A stretch of 64,000 nt of DNA from Candidatus Omnitrophota bacterium (GTDB taxonomy: Bacteria; Omnitrophota; Gorgyraeia; Zapsychrales; Zapsychraceae): the NCBI GenBank assembly GCA_018812705.1, contig JAHJCZ010000097.1, forward strand, positions 840-64,839. Direction: 5' to 3'. The translations under genes were made by a program, and so were the position numbers. A model generated the notes under the pieces. The model had not been told where the DNA came from, ran no database searches, and was given only the letters and a program-made list of their open reading frames with translations. Positions 61,759 to 64,000 of the stretch are shown here, one piece after another (position 1 is the stretch's first letter; every line of letters begins with the position of its first letter).

Positions 61759-63831
61759 ATGAAGAATGACGCTGTGTCCTCGAAAAATTTAGAAGGTTTC
61801 TTTAACACAAAAAGTGTCGCTGTTATCGGAGCCTCTGCAAATCCTTCCAAGATCGGATATCAGATACTAAACAATGTTATTGCCGGAGGCTTTGAAGGAG
61901 AGATATATCCTATCAATCCAAAAGATGATGAGATCCTGGGGAAAAAAGCATATAAGTCTGTTTCAGATGTTCCAGGCGATATTGACCTAGCAGTTATTAC
62001 TATCCCAGCTCCTTTTGTTGTTGCAACTATGGAAGAATGCGCCAAAAAGAAAGTAAAGAACGTTGCGATCATTACCTCCGGATTTGCTGAAGTGGGCAAT
62101 CATGAAGACGAAGAAAAGATCAAGAAAATAGCTGATGAAAACAATATGGCTTTTATAGGGCCCAACATTTTAGGTTTTCTATATACTCCTCTTAAATTGA
62201 ATGCAAGTTTTGGCCCTCAAGATATATTGTCAGGAAAAATTGCTTTTGTTTCCCAGAGCGGTGCATTGGCTATAGCCTTAATGGGTTGGACAGTTATGGA
62301 GAGCATTGGTTTGGGTTCTTTGGTCAGCCTTGGAAATAAAGCAGATGTTGATGAAAGAGATCTGATCGAGCATTTTAACAGCGATGGGAATATTGATGTT
62401 GTTCTCATTTATATGGAAGGCCTTAAAGATGGTCGCAAGTTCTTAAATACAGAAATTAAAAAGCCGGTCATTATTTTAAAAGTAGGACGATCACAAAGGG
62501 GAGCAAAAGCAGCAGCTTCTCATACTGGATCTTTAGCTGGCGCCGATGGCATCTTTGATGCGGCTTTTAAGCAAATGGGCGCGCTAAGAGCAAACTCTTT
62601 CACGGATGCTTTTGGCTGGGCAAGAGCATTTGCTCTTCCTATTCCTCAAGGAGAAGAAACAATTGTGATCACAAACGGTGGAGGAATAGGTGTATCTACA
62701 ACTGATGCGTGTGAAGAAGCTGGAATTCAATTATTAGAAGACGTTGAATGGACAGAAGAAAAATTTAGAAAAACAATGCCTGATTTTGGCAGCACAAAGA
62801 ATCCTATTGATATTACAGGAGGAGCAGGTGTTGAAGGCTACAGAAAAGCAATTAAGATATCTCTCGAAGAAGACAAGATCCATTGTGTCATTGTTTTGTA
62901 TTGTGAAACAGCCGTAACGGATCCTTTAGATATTGCTAAAGCAGTTGCTGAAGAGTATAGGACTGTTGAAAGAAACAAACCTATTGTTGCTGCATTTGTC
63001 GGCGGAGAGAGATCAAGAAGCGCTCTTCATTTTTTGAGTCAAAATAATATACCAGCTTATGACTCGGTTGATCAGGCGGTTTCTGCTTTAAAAATCCTGC
63101 ATACTTGGAAAGATATTTGCAATAGGCCTAAAGATGTCCCTGAAGAGGAAAAAGCTCCTCAAGAAGTTGTTGACATGATAGATAAAATCAAAAAAGAAGG
63201 AAGGTCTTTGCTTCTTGAGCATGAAGCTAGAGAGATCATGGAGAAATGTGGGGTTCCTACTCCTAAGTGGGCATTTGCGACAACTGTTGAAGAAGCTATA
63301 GAAAAGGCAGAGGGCATGTATCCATTAGCTATAAAAATAGCATCACTTGACATAGTGCATAAGACGGATGTCGGAGGAGTTGCTTTGAATATTTCTGATG
63401 AGGAAGAGCTAAGAGTTAAATTTAACAGCATGATGATAAATATTCCAAAGAAAGTTCCAAATGCAAAGCTTCTAGGAATTAACATGATCCAGATGACGAA
63501 GGGAATAGAGTGTATTATCGGAATGAGCGTAGATCCTCAATTTGGACCGGTTGTTATGTTTGGGCTTGGAGGAGTTTTTGTCGAGCTAATGAAGGATGTT
63601 TCTTTTAGAGTTGTTCCTTTTGGAAAGATCGAGGCAGAACGTTTAATTGGCTCAATTAAAGGCCAAAAAGTTCTCAATGGTTTTAGAGGCATGAAAGCAC
63701 ATAAAGAATCCATAATTCAAACGTTATGTTCAGTGCAAAAATTAGCACCTTTAGTGAAGGAAATAGATATTAATCCTTTAATCTCAAATGATGAGGGAAG
63801 TTTTGCTGTTGATGCAAGAATTATTGTTTGA
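61759..63831 (+). CDS. ADP-forming acetyl-CoA synthetase (acetate--CoA ligase), fused alpha and beta domains
   Basis: CoA-binding domain (KSVAVIGASANPSKIGY), succinyl-CoA-synthetase-like ligase domain, C-terminal ATP-grasp (KIASLDIVHKTDVGGV). Confidence 0.8.
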   Translation: MKNDAVSSKNLEGFFNTKSVAVIGASANPSKIGYQILNNVIAGGFEGEIYPINPKDDEILGKKAYKSVSDVPGDIDLAVITIPAPFVVATMEECAKKKVKNVAIITSGFAEVGNHEDEEKIKKIADENNMAFIGPNILGFLYTPLKLNASFGPQDILSGKIAFVSQSGALAIALMGWTVMESIGLGSLVSLGNKADVDERDLIEHFNSDGNIDVVLIYMEGLKDGRKFLNTEIKKPVIILKVGRSQRGAKAAASHTGSLAGADGIFDAAFKQMGALRANSFTDAFGWARAFALPIPQGEETIVITNGGGIGVSTTDACEEAGIQLLEDVEWTEEKFRKTMPDFGSTKNPIDITGGAGVEGYRKAIKISLEEDKIHCVIVLYCETAVTDPLDIAKAVAEEYRTVERNKPIVAAFVGGERSRSALHFLSQNNIPAYDSVDQAVSALKILHTWKDICNRPKDVPEEEKAPQEVVDMIDKIKKEGRSLLLEHEAREIMEKCGVPTPKWAFATTVEEAIEKAEGMYPLAIKIASLDIVHKTDVGGVALNISDEEELRVKFNSMMINIPKKVPNAKLLGINMIQMTKGIECIIGMSVDPQFGPVVMFGLGGVFVELMKDVSFRVVPFGKIEAERLIGSIKGQKVLNGFRGMKAHKESIIQTLCSVQKLAPLVKEIDINPLISNDEGSFAVDARIIV

Positions 63832-63858
63832 TAGTCTTGTTGATAAAAAATGTGATTT

Positions 63859-64000
63859 TTATCTTATAGTATAGAATTCTACAACTTTCCATCCAATATC
63901 GGTATAGCTTAATTCAAAGACCCACTTACCTTCGGGTAAATTTTCGTTTTTACCAAAATTTGCCATAACGGTTACTTTTGATCGTTTTTTTCCATCTTTT
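63859..64000 (-). CDS. C-terminal fragment of a hypothetical protein (5-prime part beyond the window end)
   Basis: Open frame on the minus strand ending at the TAA at 63859-63861 (...GKWVFELSYTDIGWKVVEFYTIR*). No recognisable family. Confidence 0.25.
   Translation of the reverse strand, partial: KDGKKRSKVTVMANFGKNENLPEGKWVFELSYTDIGWKVVEFYTIR

Overview
This is a low-GC (about 35-38%) bacterial chromosomal window centred on the replication origin. Genes at 1-31918 are almost all on the minus strand (dnaA, dnaN, DciA-like, gyrB, gyrA, tRNA-Glu, a metabolic block, then a large Tad/Flp pilus locus). Genes at 32569-63831 are all on the plus strand (rpmH, yidC, parS-parA-parB, yicC-gmk-rpoZ-coaC, three tRNAs, thrS-infC-rpmI-rplT, trkAH, pheST, rarA, rny-ymdB, gltX, tRNA-Gln, glnS, a molybdenum-cofactor operon, ADP-forming acetyl-CoA synthetase). 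The dnaA-rpmH intergenic region (31919-32568) carries an inverted DnaA-box pair and is the likely oriC. The main accessory region is an atypical Tad/Flp type IVb pilus locus at 1-17337 on the minus strand: CpaB; an RcpA/CpaC secretin with a C-terminal TonB-C domain; a fused TadZ(ParA-like)-TadA(CpaF) ATPase whose C-terminus is frameshifted; a DUF192 protein; an uncharacterised 671-aa Lys/Glu-rich protein with an HTH-like N-terminus; seven tandem, unusually long Flp-family pilin paralogues; two TadE-like pseudopilins; and a giant (more than 1560 codons, running off the window edge) Cys-rich TadG-like secreted protein that is absent from the supplied ORF track. No TadB/TadC platform genes or TadV prepilin peptidase lie within the window. 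An 8-mer (TTGGACAT) recurs in the intergenic regions of this locus. Other notable items: an unannotated rpmH with a near-consensus sigma70 promoter, two parS sites, an ATT-initiated infC, a structured GC-rich candidate ncRNA upstream of rarA, an entericidin-like lipoprotein and tRNA-Gln between gltX and glnS, and a mini ModA-like remnant in the molybdenum-cofactor operon. Coordinates of features not in the ORF track were counted by hand and may be off by 1-2 nt. The ORF track labels TTG/GTG starts as M.
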